From contig OZ024745.1 of NCBI GenBank assembly GCA_964016885.1, forward strand, positions 61,256,001 through 61,320,000: DNA of 64,000 bases, given 5' to 3'. This document shows, piece by piece, positions 58,509-64,000 of the stretch (the stretch's first letter is position 1; every line of letters starts with the position of its first letter). Source of the DNA: Eledone cirrhosa. Its lineage: Eukaryota. A program made the position numbers and the translations under genes. The notes below the pieces were generated by a model, which was not told the DNA's origin, searched no databases, and saw only the letters and a program-made list of their open reading frames with translations.

Positions 58509-59738
58509 CCAACCTAGCTCTTTATTTGCTTATCCGCCTGTCTGTTTGTCTGCCTGTCTCCCCCCTCTCTATCTAACTATTTATCTGCCCATCTAGCAAG
58601 CCAGCCAGCCACCGCTCTCTCTCTGTTTAACTCTCTGCCTCTTCCCTGTCGCCAAAAGATTATTATATTGTAATTAGAGCAGATAGATATGCGTGAAGGT
58701 TTTATAATTTGTGAGATTTTGATTTTTGTTATTTTTTTCTTTTTTCCTATCGCTGTTTCCGTTTCAGTTTTTCATTTTATAGTAACGTTTCTATATGTTA
58801 CTAAATTAAGAAACAATCCGTGATGCTAGTCTGTTAGTAGTTGAGAGAAAGGCTATGCTGACAATATCTCCTCTCAGTTCCTGAGTTCAAATTTTTGCGT
58901 GATCAACTTTCACACTAAGTCCATAAAAGAACATCCAATTTCTATTTTAGCGCGCACACACGTACACACACACACACACACACACACGTGCATACACACA
59001 CTTACACGCACACACCCCAACACACACCTACACACATCTACACGACACACTCACACGTCTCCAGTATTGTATTTCAAACGTATATACTCAAGTTAAATGT
59101 GTTGATTCAAAGGTCGTCTAAAATATTGCTTTTAAAATCATATATTTCCGACATTCATACATATTTAGTATTGCTGTGAAGATTATTCTTGGGTGAAGAC
59201 CTTCATATACATTTTCAAGGTCGTTCTTTATAGATTCGTAACCACTGTCATTTCTGATGGCATTTCACGTGAGAAATATTTCCGGTCTTCAAGCCGTGGT
59301 GTTCTGTTTTCGTGTCTGTATATTGTATTCATTATTATTGTGTGCTGTGTATTTAAGCTCATGGATATTATCCAACCATCTTGCTCGTGGTCTACCCTGG
59401 GTCTCCTGCCGGTAGGTTTTACCCGTAAAATTTGTCGAATGACACACTAACGTCTTAAAATTAGAAGGGACACAGTGGATAATATTTCTCTAAAAACACT
59501 CTGAATAATGTTTCGAATGATCATTGCTGGAAGACATTTAATGAATGAAAAGTTCGATCAGAGCTGACCTTAACGTTAAATATCAATAACCCTATTATTG
59601 GAGAAGGCCTACATGTTTTCTTCGTAATATGTTGTCATTTTGTTTAACTTTTTTTCTGTTGTTGAAATGATATAGCTCTGTATATATACTTATAGCATGC
59701 GTAAATATACATACACATTTATATGTACAAACACACAC

Positions 59739-59798
<60 letters not shown>

Positions 59799-60011
59799 GC
59801 AATGAGTATAATCGAAGTTGTAGCTGCAAATAGCAGACTAGCTTCGATCATCGAAGACTGCCACGAAGCACTCGATGAGTTATTAATAAATTTCTCCTCA
59901 GAGTGAACACACACACACGCACACACACATATATATATATATAGAGATTGACACACACACCAAAGGCAATATTTTTTGAAGGAAAGTTTTTAAAGGGATA
60001 TTTGTAATAAT

Positions 60012-60190
60012 AATTGTGGTTTCTGACTTAGGCACAAGGCCAGCCATTTTTGGGGAGAGGGGAAATCGATTAAATCGACCCTAGTGTACGGCTGGATTCG
60101 AACTAAGAACGTAAAGGCGCATAACTATATGCCACAAAGCATGTTCTCGGACGCTCTACCGATACTACAAACACACCAGCCTAATAATAA
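60012..60190 (-). mobile_element. Nin-domain SINE, antisense and internally deleted
   Basis: GGCACAAGGCCAGC...AAATCGACC...GGATTCGAACT...CTCTACCGATAC. Confidence 0.7.
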
Positions 60191-61082
60191 TTATTTCTTT
60201 ATTGGCCACTAGGGCCAAAACAGACAGGAATGTACCCCCCCCCCCCAAAAAAAAAACACCACCACCACCACCACCATCACCAACAACAACAACAACAACA
60301 AAAACAAAAAAAACAACAAAAAAACAAAACAAAAAACAAAACAAACAAAACGGACAATATAAACAAGTAACGCATTTGAAATAATCTCCATTTTACCTTT
60401 CAGATATAGTGCTTCAGTATCCAATGTATTCTTACTGTGGTACGATGTGATTCTAGGGGAAATTGGGTTGCTATTTCTAGCATGTAGAAAGACCGCATAA
60501 GTTGACCGTTGTCGGTGAACTCATGTAGTGAATGTCAGCAATTGATTTGATTGGTTGAATGACGTCGTCTGGAGCTATTATTTTTAACCGGTCGAGAAGA
60601 CACTAAAGTTAGCAATGATCGAGTAGAGCCTGTCGTGACTATTCTCTCATTTAATATATTAAGTATTACTGTACGTTTTGAATGGCTGTTTCGTATCTGT
60701 TGTTATTTTTGATCTAGGAGATTTATAATCGAGGACTTTCCAGTCGTAACGATTCTGATTTTTTTTTTTTGAATTTTTTCCCCGTCTACACACTCCAGTA
60801 TGTCCTTTCTGATTCTTGTTGTTGTTTATTCCTTAAGTAAACTCTTATTCAAGGATTTTATGTACTTTTTGTTAATTCTTTTAAACGAATAAACAAAGCA
60901 AACATTTTTTCTATTTTATCTTTGTACATAAATCTATTTCCTCTGAATTTGAAGTGCATAAATATATTATTATTACTTCATTTTTTGAAGCGTAAACTTG
61001 TTTCAGTTTTTATTAAGAATAAAAATGTAATTACAAATGCAAACAGTATATATTTATACATTTCAAATGCAAACGAAATACT

Positions 61083-63972
<2,890 letters not shown>

Positions 63973-64000
63973 TAACAATAATGGAACAAAGAATCAGTGT

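Overview
Eukaryotic, AT-rich, intron-containing DNA, most likely a coleoid cephalopod (probably an octopod). This is inferred from Nin-domain tRNA-SINEs, RTE-tailed SINEs and dense (TA)n/(CA)n tracts. The left part (1-27 kb) holds ten coding exons of a centractin/Arp1 gene (ACTR1; + strand, 6285-19186; first coding exon not found in the window). Its introns and flanks carry SINEs, MITEs, Helitron and RTE relics, a decayed Tc1/mariner and two minisatellites. The right part (27-64 kb) has no confidently identifiable host gene. It is a nest of (TA)n microsatellites invaded by Penelope-like retroelements (PLEs): one near-complete RT+GIY-YIG element with a 1.6-kb inverted terminal copy, two 3' fragments, and many short palindromic relics. 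Reading by hand, these relics carry type-I hammerhead ribozyme (HHR) motifs of about ten different sequence families. Several have unusually long stem II, one has a CAGAAGA core, and a 530-bp tandem array has one HHR per unit (retrozyme-like). Truncation and fold-back junctions repeatedly fall at or inside the ribozyme. There is also an orphan cassette at 39.3-41.3 kb (SGNH-like fragment, unknown 119-aa ORF, inverted repeats) and a 2.6-kb (AACGATGAC)n minisatellite. All structures were read by eye; no alignment or folding software was run.
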